Source: Lachnospiraceae bacterium
GTDB taxonomy: Bacteria > Bacillota > Clostridia > Lachnospirales > Lachnospiraceae
DNA: 64,000 bases
Direction of reading: 5' to 3'
Assembly (NCBI GenBank): GCA_963594675.1
Contig: CAVBGA010000187.1
Location: 19 to 64,018, forward strand
The notes under the pieces were generated by a model. It was not told the DNA's origin and made no database searches. It saw only the letters and a list, made by a program, of their open reading frames with translations. Positions 46,528 to 55,340 of this stretch are shown piece after piece (the stretch's first letter is position 1; each line of letters starts with the position of its first letter). The translations under genes were made by a program, and so were the position numbers.

Positions 46528-47895
46528 ATGAGCCGTGTTCTATCATCGAAGCAATCGATGAAAAGCAGAGAGATTCATTTTGAAAAAGGTCCCATCGTAG
46601 GGGCCTTGTTAAGCTACACAGCACCGATTTTACTGTCTCAGCTTTTGCAGCAGGTTTATAACATTACGGACTGCGTGATTGTGGGGCGTTTTTGTGGCTC
46701 CTATGGTCTGGCGGCAGCAGGATTGGGTGGCTTGATTCTTTCTGTCTTGATTAATTTCTTTATTGGTTTTTCTACGGGAGCCGGAATTCTGGTTTCCCAG
46801 CAGTTTGGGGCTTATCGTTATGAAAAATTGAGGAAGACTATTTCTACCATCGTGCATCTTGGCATGCTCTTAGGCCTGCTTCTTACGGGTGCAGGGCTTG
46901 TTAGTTCTTGTTTACTTTTGAAAATGATTAGCTGTCCGGAAGATATGTTCAGCGTCAGCAATACCTATCTTATGATTTGTTTTCTGGGACTTCTGCCTCA
47001 ATTAGTATACAATATTGGAAATGCAATCCTTGAGGCCTTGGGAGATACAAAATCTCCTTTGCATTATCTATTTTTTTCCTGCCTGATCAATTTAGGGTTA
47101 GATGCCCTTTTTGTTATAGGATTTGATTTTGGCTTGGCCGGTGCGGCAGCGGCAACAGTGATTGCCCAATGGATTCTTTTCTTAATGATGATGGGAAGAC
47201 TGTATATGCTGGATCCGGCTTACGCCTATCGCATGAATTCAGAAATGCTATCCCTAAAAGAATTGGGAGAAATGATTGCTCTTAGCCTTCCCTCTGGAAT
47301 GCAGGCAGTATTTATGAGTATTTCCTCTCTGGTCTTGCAGGTAACCATCAATAGTTTTGGAGCAGCAGCTGTGGCGGGCATGACGGTTTATGCAAAGTTG
47401 GAAGGATTTCTATATTATCCAGCTTTTTCTTATGGCATTGCCCTGACAGGATTTGTGGGACAAAATTATGGGGCTCGCTGTATGGATCGTGTGAAACAGT
47501 CCGTTAGGGTAAGTCTTGGGGTCTGTACAGCAATTATTTTGCCTTTGAGTTTATTTTTAGTGGCAATTTCTCATCATGTCTTAGGGATTTTTACGACGGA
47601 TGCCGATGTGATTTATAATGGCTGTCAGGCCATATTATATAATTTTCCATTTTATTTCCTCTATATGATCAATCAGATTTATCTGGGATCTTTGAAAGGA
47701 TTGGGCAAGACAACGTATCCAATGATCTGTACTATGGTTTGTTATTGCTTTTTCAGAGTTTTTTGGTGTTGGCTTTGGATTCCACATTTTCACAGCATGA
47801 TCGTGGTCTATACTAGTTATGATGCCAGCTGGATTGTGATGATTCTGATGTTGATTCCTTATTTTAGGAAGACCTTGAAAGAAAAATCCGCTTGA
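46528..47895 (+). CDS. MATE family efflux transporter
   Basis: 455 aa, 12-TM pattern, with APILLSQLLQQVYNITDCVIVGR. Confidence 0.85.
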   Translation: MSRVLSSKQSMKSREIHFEKGPIVGALLSYTAPILLSQLLQQVYNITDCVIVGRFCGSYGLAAAGLGGLILSVLINFFIGFSTGAGILVSQQFGAYRYEKLRKTISTIVHLGMLLGLLLTGAGLVSSCLLLKMISCPEDMFSVSNTYLMICFLGLLPQLVYNIGNAILEALGDTKSPLHYLFFSCLINLGLDALFVIGFDFGLAGAAAATVIAQWILFLMMMGRLYMLDPAYAYRMNSEMLSLKELGEMIALSLPSGMQAVFMSISSLVLQVTINSFGAAAVAGMTVYAKLEGFLYYPAFSYGIALTGFVGQNYGARCMDRVKQSVRVSLGVCTAIILPLSLFLVAISHHVLGIFTTDADVIYNGCQAILYNFPFYFLYMINQIYLGSLKGLGKTTYPMICTMVCYCFFRVFWCWLWIPHFHSMIVVYTSYDASWIVMILMLIPYFRKTLKEKSA

Positions 47896-47941
47896 AAGAG
47901 AAGGGGTAAAATAGTATACTATACAAGTGCAGATTGCATGT

Positions 47942-48015
47942 GTCTTCGTAGCTCAGCTGGATAGAGCACTCGCCTCCTAAGCGAGGGGTCAGAGGTTCAA
48001 ATCCTCCCGGGGACG
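47942..48015 (+). tRNA. tRNA-Arg (anticodon CCU)
   Basis: Manual cloverleaf: acceptor GTCTTCG/CGGGGAC (two G-U pairs), D-arm GCTC..GAGC, anticodon stem CTCGC/GCGAG with loop CTCCTAA, and a T-loop TTCAAAT. CCA is not encoded. Confidence 0.85.
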
Positions 48016-48027
48016 CTATAATACATA

Positions 48028-48075
48028 AAAGTGGAGATGGATAACAAGTACAGCTTGTCCATCTCCACTTTTTTC
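48028..48075. terminator. strong bidirectional terminator
   Basis: AGTGGAGATGGA .. TCCATCTCCACT followed by TTTTTT, with an A-run on the other side. It lies between the tRNA and the convergent hcp gene. Confidence 0.8.
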
Positions 48076-48120
48076 ATCGTGTAGGAAACTTTGTTCCTAT
48101 GCATCCGCAGATAGGTGTCA

Positions 48121-49716
48121 TTATTTGAGGAGCTGCTTCAGATCTTCCTCCGGCGTAGTGATAGGGGCAATACCGAAGTTCTCTACGAGATAATTCAGCA
48201 CATTGGGTGAAATGAACGCTGGCAGTGTGGGGCCAAGTCGGATATTCTTGATACCCAGATGCAGCAGTGTCAGCAGGATACACACAGCCTTCTGCTCATA
48301 CCAGGAGAGCACCATAGACAGTGGAAGATCGTTCACTCCGCAGCTGAAAGCGTCAGCAAGAGCAAGGGCAATCTGGATAGCACTGTAAGCGTCATTGCAC
48401 TGTCCGACATCCATCAAACGGGGCAGTCCACCTATGGTTCCAAGGTCAAGGTCGTTGAAGCGGTATTTGCCGCAGGCCAGGGTCAGAACGACGGTATCGG
48501 CAGGCGTCTGTTTAACAAAGTCTGTATAGTAGTTGCGGCCGGGACGTGCGCCGTCGCAGCCAGCAACCAAGAAGAAGTGTTTGATTGCACCGGATTTGAC
48601 AGCCTCGATAACTTGATCTGCTACGCCAAGCACTGTGCCGCGGGCAAAGCCAGTCATAACTGTGCTGCCGCCGTTGATGCCGGTGAAAGGTTTGTCCTCG
48701 GAGTAACCGGCCAGTTCCAAAGCTTTTTCGATAACCGGGGTGAAGTCCTTATCCTCTCCGATATGCGCTATCTCGGGGTAAGACACCACCGCTGTGGTGA
48801 AGACACGGTCGGCATAGCTTGCTTTTGGTGGCATCAGACAGTTGGTGGTAAACAGCACCGGAGCGGGAAGTTCCGCAAATTCTTTCTGTTGGTTCTGCCA
48901 TGCTGTACCGAAATTGCCTTTGAGATGGGAATACTTTTTCAGTTCAGGATAAGCGTGAGCAGGGAGCATTTCACCATGGGTGTAGATGTTGATCCCCTTG
49001 CCTTCGGTCTGCTCCAGCAACAGCTTCAGGTCGTGAAGATCATGGCCGGAGATGACGATGAAGGGTCCTTTTTCTACAGTCAGAGGTACGGTAACAGGAG
49101 TAGGCGTTCCATAACTCTCGGTGTTGGCTTTGTCTAGAAGTGCCATGCACGTGAGGTTTTTCTCACCGACTTCCATCACGATAGGCAGCAGCTCGTCCAT
49201 GCCCCAATCCTCACCAATGGCAAAGAGTGCCTTAGCAAAAAAGCGATTTACCTCCTCATCGGTATAGCCCAATACCATGGCGTGATGTGCATAAGCAGCC
49301 ATACCACGTATACCAAAAAGTATGAGGGATTTGAGACTGCGGATGTCTTCCTGGGCATTCCATACATCTTCCATATGATAATCATCTGTGCGTCCGCACT
49401 CAGAAGTACAGGCGGAACAATCGGGAACAAGACGAGACTTTTCTGCGTGAACCTGATCAATCAGTTGGCGGATAGTTTTTTCATTAAAATTCACATTTGT
49501 TATAGTGGTGAACAGGCCTTCAATGATCAGGCGCCAGGTGTCTTCGTTTACATCCAGGGCATCACATGCCGCACGGGACAGCCCAACCAGAGCGCCGGTC
49601 AATTCGTCCTGAAGTTTCGCTACATCGGCGGTCTTACCACAGACACCGGTTTTTCCTGTGCAGCCGGTGCAGCCAGCTGTCTGCTCACACTGAAAACAAA
49701 ACATTTTTCGATCCAT
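48121..49716 (-). CDS. hcp: hydroxylamine reductase / hybrid-cluster protein
   Basis: 531 aa with N-terminal MFCFQCEQTAGCTGCT Cys cluster and full-length Hcp-like sequence. Confidence 0.95.
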   Translation of the reverse strand: MDRKMFCFQCEQTAGCTGCTGKTGVCGKTADVAKLQDELTGALVGLSRAACDALDVNEDTWRLIIEGLFTTITNVNFNEKTIRQLIDQVHAEKSRLVPDCSACTSECGRTDDYHMEDVWNAQEDIRSLKSLILFGIRGMAAYAHHAMVLGYTDEEVNRFFAKALFAIGEDWGMDELLPIVMEVGEKNLTCMALLDKANTESYGTPTPVTVPLTVEKGPFIVISGHDLHDLKLLLEQTEGKGINIYTHGEMLPAHAYPELKKYSHLKGNFGTAWQNQQKEFAELPAPVLFTTNCLMPPKASYADRVFTTAVVSYPEIAHIGEDKDFTPVIEKALELAGYSEDKPFTGINGGSTVMTGFARGTVLGVADQVIEAVKSGAIKHFFLVAGCDGARPGRNYYTDFVKQTPADTVVLTLACGKYRFNDLDLGTIGGLPRLMDVGQCNDAYSAIQIALALADAFSCGVNDLPLSMVLSWYEQKAVCILLTLLHLGIKNIRLGPTLPAFISPNVLNYLVENFGIAPITTPEEDLKQLLK

Positions 49717-49982
49717 ATTGAAATCCTCACTTTCTTTAATTAAGTTATTAGGAGACCTCTTTGCTTTTGTGACTCGATTATAATACGATCAAATCAACAA
49801 ATCAGTTGAATTTTCAACGGAATGGGAGGATGTGAAAAAATAATGCGATTTTAGTGAAGATAAATTTAGTAACATCATTATTATCCGGATTCACTTGACG
49901 AATAATTGCAATATAAGGTGTATGAAAATAAAATAATTGTTATAATCTAAGTACAAATGTGACAGAAAGGTTGGTAGTACTT

Positions 49983-50201
49983 ATGTGTGAGAAAAAAGAA
50001 CTGAGTTTTTCAATATTCATGTTATACAGTCTTGCAGATAAATGGAAGATGTCTCCTGCTAAAGTGTATAAAATACTGAATTCAACCGGAATTTTAGATA
50101 ATTATATTATTAAATGCTATGACGTCCTTCATACGCAGGGGAAAGAGTATTTAGTAGAAGATATTACAGACTACGTGAGAGAAAAAGGGATTAATGTATG
50201 A
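49983..50201 (+). CDS. DUF3791-like small protein
   Basis: 72 aa from MCEKKE. Its pattern and its ATGA overlap with a following MIVYHGS.. ORF match the usual DUF3791/DUF3990 gene pair. Confidence 0.6.
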   Translation: MCEKKELSFSIFMLYSLADKWKMSPAKVYKILNSTGILDNYIIKCYDVLHTQGKEYLVEDITDYVREKGINV

Positions 50202-50272
50202 TTGTATATCATGGATCAACAGCAATTATTCGTTTATTCAGCTTAAATAGTGAAAATCTTTGTTCTTGTTGA
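50198..50272 (+). pseudogene. remnant of a DUF3990-like gene (N-terminal 24 codons, then stop)
   Basis: MIVYHGSTAII.. is the typical DUF3990 N-terminus, but the ORF stops after 24 codons. A possible C-terminal relic (..FRRESALECKGSPI..) sits in another frame near 50283-50345. Confidence 0.4.
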
Positions 50273-50415
50273 TGTCAATGTTCAGACGAGAATCAGCGCT
50301 TGAATGCAAGGGAAGTCCAATAAAACGGACAGGAAATATGAGATAATTAATTAAACGATTACGTGGAATGTTTTGAATGAGTATTCCAGATTATTAATAA
50401 AGGAGAATTGGTAAA

Positions 50416-50718
50416 ATGAGCAAGACTTATATAACACTTACAGGAACACAGTATTATCATGGCAAAGATTTTCTGAAGCCGGGAATGCGTGTACAGCTTG
50501 TAAAGGAGCCGGATAACAAATATGATAAGGAGGCCATTGTTGTTCGATTGGAAGGTCTCGGAGATATTGGTCATGTGGCAAACAGTGCACATACTGTTAT
50601 CGGTGAGAGTATTAGCGCTGGACGGCTGTATGATCGAATTGGTAAGAAAGCATACGCTAAGGTTGTGTATGTGCTGCCAACTGGGGTGATTTGCAAGGTT
50701 TCAAAAAGGGATTTGTAG
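50416..50718 (+). CDS. stand-alone HIRAN domain protein
   Basis: 100 aa. LTGTQYYHGKDFLKPGMRVQLVKEPDNKYDKEAIVVRLEGLGDIGHV matches the HIRAN signature (G.xYY.G...G..V.L.REPdN.yD.nAI.V....iGhv). Confidence 0.8.
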   Translation: MSKTYITLTGTQYYHGKDFLKPGMRVQLVKEPDNKYDKEAIVVRLEGLGDIGHVANSAHTVIGESISAGRLYDRIGKKAYAKVVYVLPTGVICKVSKRDL

Positions 50719-50905
50719 CAGATGTTTGCAGTCATATTATCAATGATGACACTGCTGGATACATGACAAAGCCGATGAAATAATGTTAGCTTCCCAGAGT
50801 GATAAGGATTGCGTGTGACTGAAAAAAATGCGGATGCCGCAAAAAAATCAGATAGAGAGTATAGGTGGGGGACCTTTTTGTTTTATATGGAAGGAAAATC
50901 AAATT

Positions 50906-51718
50906 ATGTCAACAGTAGTAATTACAGGCTCAAGCAGAGGATTTGGCTTTGAGCAGGCGAAACAATTCAGAAAAGCTGGATATAATGTGGTATTGTCCGG
51001 AGTCAATAAGAAAAATCTTGATAGGGCCTTAGAAGCGATGAGGGCGCTTTATCCGAAAAAGACGGAAGGAGTACAAGCTGTTTTATGTGATGTCCGGAAG
51101 CAGGAAGAGATACAAAATTTGTGGAAAACGGCGAAAAATACCTTTGGCAGTGTGGATATCTGGATTAACAATGCAGGAGTAAATCAAGCGGATAAACCAA
51201 TATATGAATTAACAGCAGAAGAGATAGAATTTATGCTGGATACGGATTTAAAAGGTACTATCCTTGGCTCCAAGATTGCTTTTTCGGAGATGAAAAAACA
51301 GGGATATGGCCAAATATTTAATGTGGAGGGATACGGTTCCAATGATGCCATGATGACGGGACTTTCCATTTATGGAACCACGAAACGTGCGGTTACTTAT
51401 TTTACCCAGGCTTTGGCGAAAGAGAGTGAAGAAATCACGAAAGGAGCTGTAAAAGTAGGAAGATTGGCTCCGGGAATTATGATTACGGATTTTCTGAAAA
51501 CAGCAAATGGTGGCAGTACGCAGATTGAATTACCGGAAAAAACCAAAAAGGTATATCGTATTCTTGGCGATTATCCAGAAACGATTGCCCGGTATATTGT
51601 TCCAAGAATGATCAGAAATCAGAAAAATAATACAAGAATTATTTGGTTGACTAACAGGAGGGCGTTTGTTCGATTTTTAACTGCTGGATTTCATAAGCGG
51701 AAAGGTATTGATTTATAA
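50906..51718 (+). CDS. SDR family oxidoreductase
   Basis: TGSSRGFG (TGxxxGxG), NNAG and YGTTK (YxxxK). I chose the start at MSTVVITG. Confidence 0.85.
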   Translation: MSTVVITGSSRGFGFEQAKQFRKAGYNVVLSGVNKKNLDRALEAMRALYPKKTEGVQAVLCDVRKQEEIQNLWKTAKNTFGSVDIWINNAGVNQADKPIYELTAEEIEFMLDTDLKGTILGSKIAFSEMKKQGYGQIFNVEGYGSNDAMMTGLSIYGTTKRAVTYFTQALAKESEEITKGAVKVGRLAPGIMITDFLKTANGGSTQIELPEKTKKVYRILGDYPETIARYIVPRMIRNQKNNTRIIWLTNRRAFVRFLTAGFHKRKGIDL

Positions 51719-51863
51719 GTTGGTAAAGTCTTGGGGGCTGTAACCCTTGCATTTTCTTAAATTTTGCAGTACACTTCTCTTCGTTTTATTAGTTTTTTAT
51801 CTGCCGGGCATTTTCTACAGAATTTTCTGGCATTTAACACTCAAATAGGAAAGGAGAGGCTGC

Positions 51864-52904
51864 ATGACTTTTTATCAAGAATTGCAATTAAGTTCTGTCG
51901 GTTCGAAACAATTAATTCGCAACACGACAGATAAGAAAGAAAAACAACGCCATATCCTGATATATAATTTTAAGGTATATCTGGTTATGGTGTTTTGTGT
52001 TGCTGTGGTAACCCTTTACAATAAATGGACAGGGAATGACAATAGCGTGGTAGGTGTAACGGTTTTGTTGGCCCTCTTGGTTTTGCGCCAGGCCGATTTC
52101 GGAATTAAGACCACCCATGGCTTACTTTCCATTATGGGTATATTTGCCATTCTTATGGCGGGACCACGTCTGGCAAATATTTTATCTCCAATAGGAGCCT
52201 TTTTCGTCAATGTGATAAGTATTTTTCTTTTGATGATTTTGGGATGTCATAATGTGATTATGCACAATCATTCCACTTTTGTTTTGGGATATTTACTTTT
52301 GTATGGGTATGATGTGACGGGACATGCTTATAAGATGCGACTTATCGGTTTACTGGTGGGAATGTTGGTCTGTATGGGGGTTTTTTATAAAAATCAAAAG
52401 AATCGTCCCTATCGAAGAAGATTTCTGGATCTCTTTCGGGAGTTTGACATTCATTCAGCCAGAAATCGGTGGTATGTGAAATTAACCTTTATCGTATCCG
52501 GTGCTATGCTTATTGTCAGTTTACTGGGTTTGCCCCGAGCTATGTGGGCAGGAATTGCCTGTATGTCGGTATGTCTGCCATTTACAGAGGATGGTGTGCC
52601 CAGGGCTAAGGACAGAGGTATGTTCAATGTTGTAGGATGTGCCCTTTTCATTGTTCTTTATTTGCTTTTACCCAAGTCTATGCATAGCCTGATTGGTATC
52701 ATCGGTGGAATCGGTGTGGGCTATTCTGCTGGCTATAGATGGCAGACCGCCTTTAATACCTTTGGAGCGCTGGCGATTGCCTCCTCATTGTTTGGTATGT
52801 GGACGGCGGTGGCCTTGCGTGTAGGAATCAATGTGTTGGCATCCATCTATACGGTATTCCTTAATCGAATGGCGGATAAAATATATATAGGAAAAGCAAT
52901 ATAA
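51864..52904 (+). CDS. integral membrane protein (possibly FUSC/ArAE-like)
   Basis: 346 aa with multiple TM segments. The family assignment is tentative. Confidence 0.45.
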   Translation: MTFYQELQLSSVGSKQLIRNTTDKKEKQRHILIYNFKVYLVMVFCVAVVTLYNKWTGNDNSVVGVTVLLALLVLRQADFGIKTTHGLLSIMGIFAILMAGPRLANILSPIGAFFVNVISIFLLMILGCHNVIMHNHSTFVLGYLLLYGYDVTGHAYKMRLIGLLVGMLVCMGVFYKNQKNRPYRRRFLDLFREFDIHSARNRWYVKLTFIVSGAMLIVSLLGLPRAMWAGIACMSVCLPFTEDGVPRAKDRGMFNVVGCALFIVLYLLLPKSMHSLIGIIGGIGVGYSAGYRWQTAFNTFGALAIASSLFGMWTAVALRVGINVLASIYTVFLNRMADKIYIGKAI

Positions 52905-52907
52905 TAT

Positions 52908-53180
52908 TCAGCTAGTCTCGGGTGCGTCTGCCTGAGAGAGAAGTAAGGCCGGAAGGGAATGATGAAGAATCAGGGAAAAATACTGATACAATCGTTCCCT
53001 GTCCGGCTGAATTTTTTGTTGGAAAAGATCCACAATCATGCCGGCTCCGGCTTCTGTATAGAAGCAAACAATAAAATTGCGAAAATCATCATCTAAATCC
53101 ACGTGTAATTCATTTTCTAAATCTCGGATCATTTTCTCTACCAGACCAATAAAGTCCTTACAGAGAAATCTCTTTAACAT
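52908..53180 (-). pseudogene. possible C-terminal (ligand-domain) fragment of a TetR-family regulator
   Basis: 90-aa ORF lacking any HTH. The helical pattern FIVCFYTEAGAGMIVDLF resembles TetR_C domains. This is weak evidence. Confidence 0.3.
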
Positions 53181-53394
53181 ATATAGATGATATGTTATCG
53201 GATCTTACAGGTGGAGACAATGAGACGGTATCCTTTGTCTCAGAAAAAAATGGAACTATTGATTCTGTGCAATTCGTTATAAAAACGGATGCAATTGAAA
53301 AGGAAGAGGAGGAAACAAGCACAGATACAGAAGAGACCAAGACAAGCTTGATTGATAAAATTCGAGATCTATTTTAAGTTGGCTTAAGAAAAAA

Positions 53395-53450
53395 GGCAGA
53401 AATACTTATGGTATTTCTGCCTTTTCCTTTAGATTCATTTGCTATTATAG
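53395..53450 (+). promoter_or_regulatory. terminator hairpin plus extended -10 promoter module (copy C)
   Basis: GGCAGAAATA-CTTATGG-TATTTCTGCC, then TTTTCCTTTAGATTCATT, then TGCTATTAT (53440-53448). It lies upstream of the MATE gene at 53497. Confidence 0.55.
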
Positions 53451-53496
53451 CTCGGTAAAAAGGAAAAACACAAACTGAGAAGGGAAAAAATGACAA

Positions 53497-54843
53497 ATGA
53501 GCCAACCACTTTATTCGAAAAAGGACCTAAAAAAATTAATTCTTCCACTCCTGGCTGAGCAGGCGTTAACCTTGACGGTAGGAATGGCAGATACCATGAT
53601 GATTGCTTCTGCTGGAGAAGCTGCCGTTTCCGGTGTTTCCTTGGTGGATATGTTGAACACACTTATTATCAGCGTTTTGGGTGCCTTGGCTACCGGAGGA
53701 GCTGTGGTTACTTCTCAATTTTTGGGGGCAGGTAACCGAAAAGATGCATGCAAATCCGCCCGTCAGCTGACGGTTTCCTCTATTTGCATCACCATGGTAA
53801 TCTCAATACTCATTATGATATTTCACAATGGGATCATATCCCTTTTCTTTGGAAAGATAGAAGCAGATGTATTTAGAAATTGTGTGATCTATCTCTTATT
53901 TTCTGCGGTATCCTTTCCTTTTTTAGCTTTATATAACTCCTGTGCGGCAATATTTCGCTCCATGGGCAATTCACAAATCACTTTAAAAGTGTCCGTAATA
54001 GAAAATATTATCAATATCGGGGGAAATGCCTTAGGTATGTATGTTTTCCATGCAGGAGTGGCTGGCGTTGCCATTCCTTCATTGATTTCCCGCGCAGTAG
54101 CCGGATTCATACTTTATGTACTTCTTAAGAATACAAAAAATGAAGTATATTTTTCCCGTGATAAATTCTCTTTTGACTGGCTTATGATCAAAAGAATTCT
54201 GTCCCTGGGAATCCCCAGTGGTATAGAAAATGGAATCTTCCAGCTGGGTCGCGTCATCGTTGTCAGCATTATTGCAAGCTTTGGTACGGTTCAGATTGCA
54301 GCAAATGGTGTTTCCAATGGATTGGACAGTATGGGCTGTATTGTAGGACAGGCGATGAACCTTGCCATGATCACAGTAATTGGCCGTTGTGTAGGTACAG
54401 GTCAGGAAAAACTGGTGCGCCATTATACCAAAAAATTGATGATCATCACCTACAGCTATACCTTTTGCCTTAACCTTCTTATTATCCTGGGACTTCCCTG
54501 GATCCTTAAGCTGTATGGGCTAAATGACGACACAACGCATTTATCTTACATATTGGTAATGATTCATAACTCAGCAGCTATATTGCTGTGGCCGCTTTCC
54601 TTTACCTTCCCCAATATGTTGAGAGCATGCAATGATGTACGCTTCCCAATGATTATATCCATTTTGTCTATGTTTACTTTCCGTATATTCTTCAGCCTTT
54701 TCCTGGGTGTTTATATGGGATACGGAGCCATAGGCGTTTGGATTGCCATGATTCTGGACTGGCTTTTCAGGATTACCTGCTTTATCATACGCTACTTGTC
54801 AGGCCATTGGAAAAAAACGGCGAAACTGCAGGCAGCTGCCTAA
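53497..54843 (+). CDS. MATE family efflux transporter
   Basis: 448 aa, 12-TM pattern, with LLAEQALTLTVGMADTMMIA. Confidence 0.9.
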   Translation: MSQPLYSKKDLKKLILPLLAEQALTLTVGMADTMMIASAGEAAVSGVSLVDMLNTLIISVLGALATGGAVVTSQFLGAGNRKDACKSARQLTVSSICITMVISILIMIFHNGIISLFFGKIEADVFRNCVIYLLFSAVSFPFLALYNSCAAIFRSMGNSQITLKVSVIENIINIGGNALGMYVFHAGVAGVAIPSLISRAVAGFILYVLLKNTKNEVYFSRDKFSFDWLMIKRILSLGIPSGIENGIFQLGRVIVVSIIASFGTVQIAANGVSNGLDSMGCIVGQAMNLAMITVIGRCVGTGQEKLVRHYTKKLMIITYSYTFCLNLLIILGLPWILKLYGLNDDTTHLSYILVMIHNSAAILLWPLSFTFPNMLRACNDVRFPMIISILSMFTFRIFFSLFLGVYMGYGAIGVWIAMILDWLFRITCFIIRYLSGHWKKTAKLQAAA

Positions 54844-54873
54844 CTCAGCTATTTAGCTTAGCTTAAGGTATTC

Positions 54874-54930
54874 TGCAGAAACCCTTATGGTACTTCTGTT
54901 TTTTTCTTCAGATTCGATTGGTATTATAGA
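54874..54930 (+). promoter_or_regulatory. hairpin/T-run plus extended -10 promoter module (copy B)
   Basis: GCAGAAACC-CTTATGG-TACTTCTGTTTTTTTCTTCAGATTCGAT, then TGGTATTAT (54919-54927). CTTATGG is 38 nt from the -10, the same spacing as in copies A and C. Confidence 0.5.
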
Positions 54931-54998
54931 CTCATCAAAAGGAACAAGAAAAAAACACACAAAACAAAAAACAAAACATAAGAAAAGGAGAAAACGAA

Positions 54999-55250
54999 AT
55001 GAGAACAATGATTAACGAGAAAGAACTGGAAATGGTAACTGGTGGAGCAAGAGTACGTGGTACAAAAAATTATCTGGCCTTGAGAAGTAGAACCGTATAC
55101 TCAAGAAAAACAGAAATTGGTCGTCTCTACAATGGAGAGTATGTGCAGATCCTGAAAAAAGGCTTCCAGAATAATGGATATAGATATACCCTGGTATATT
55201 CACCAAGACTGAACCGCACGGGTTATGTAGTAGCCGCTTATGTAAAATAA
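54999..55250 (+). CDS. double-glycine-leader peptide with SH3b-like domain (paralog 2)
   Basis: 83 aa. The leader MRTMINEKELEMVTGG fits the I(-12) E(-8) L(-7) V(-4) G(-2) G(-1) consensus. RBS AAAGGAGAA. The mature part is SH3b-like. Confidence 0.75.
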   Translation: MRTMINEKELEMVTGGARVRGTKNYLALRSRTVYSRKTEIGRLYNGEYVQILKKGFQNNGYRYTLVYSPRLNRTGYVVAAYVK

Positions 55251-55340
55251 TATCAGCAAAGACAGCAAGAAAACAAAAGAGATAAGGATAAGAAAAAACA
55301 AGAAATAAAGGAAAAGATATAAGAAAAGGAGAATAACATT

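Noticed and set aside
48259-49137. 292-aa ORF on the plus strand
   Set aside because: It is antisense to hcp, has no RBS and resembles no family. It is a shadow ORF.
47942-50800. tRNA-Arg as the attachment site of an integrated element (hcp, DUF3791/DUF3990, HIRAN downstream)
   Set aside because: There is no integrase or recombinase gene. I found no convincing direct repeat of the tRNA 3' end (only an 8-nt AAATCCTC match at about 49726). hcp is ordinary chromosomal cargo.
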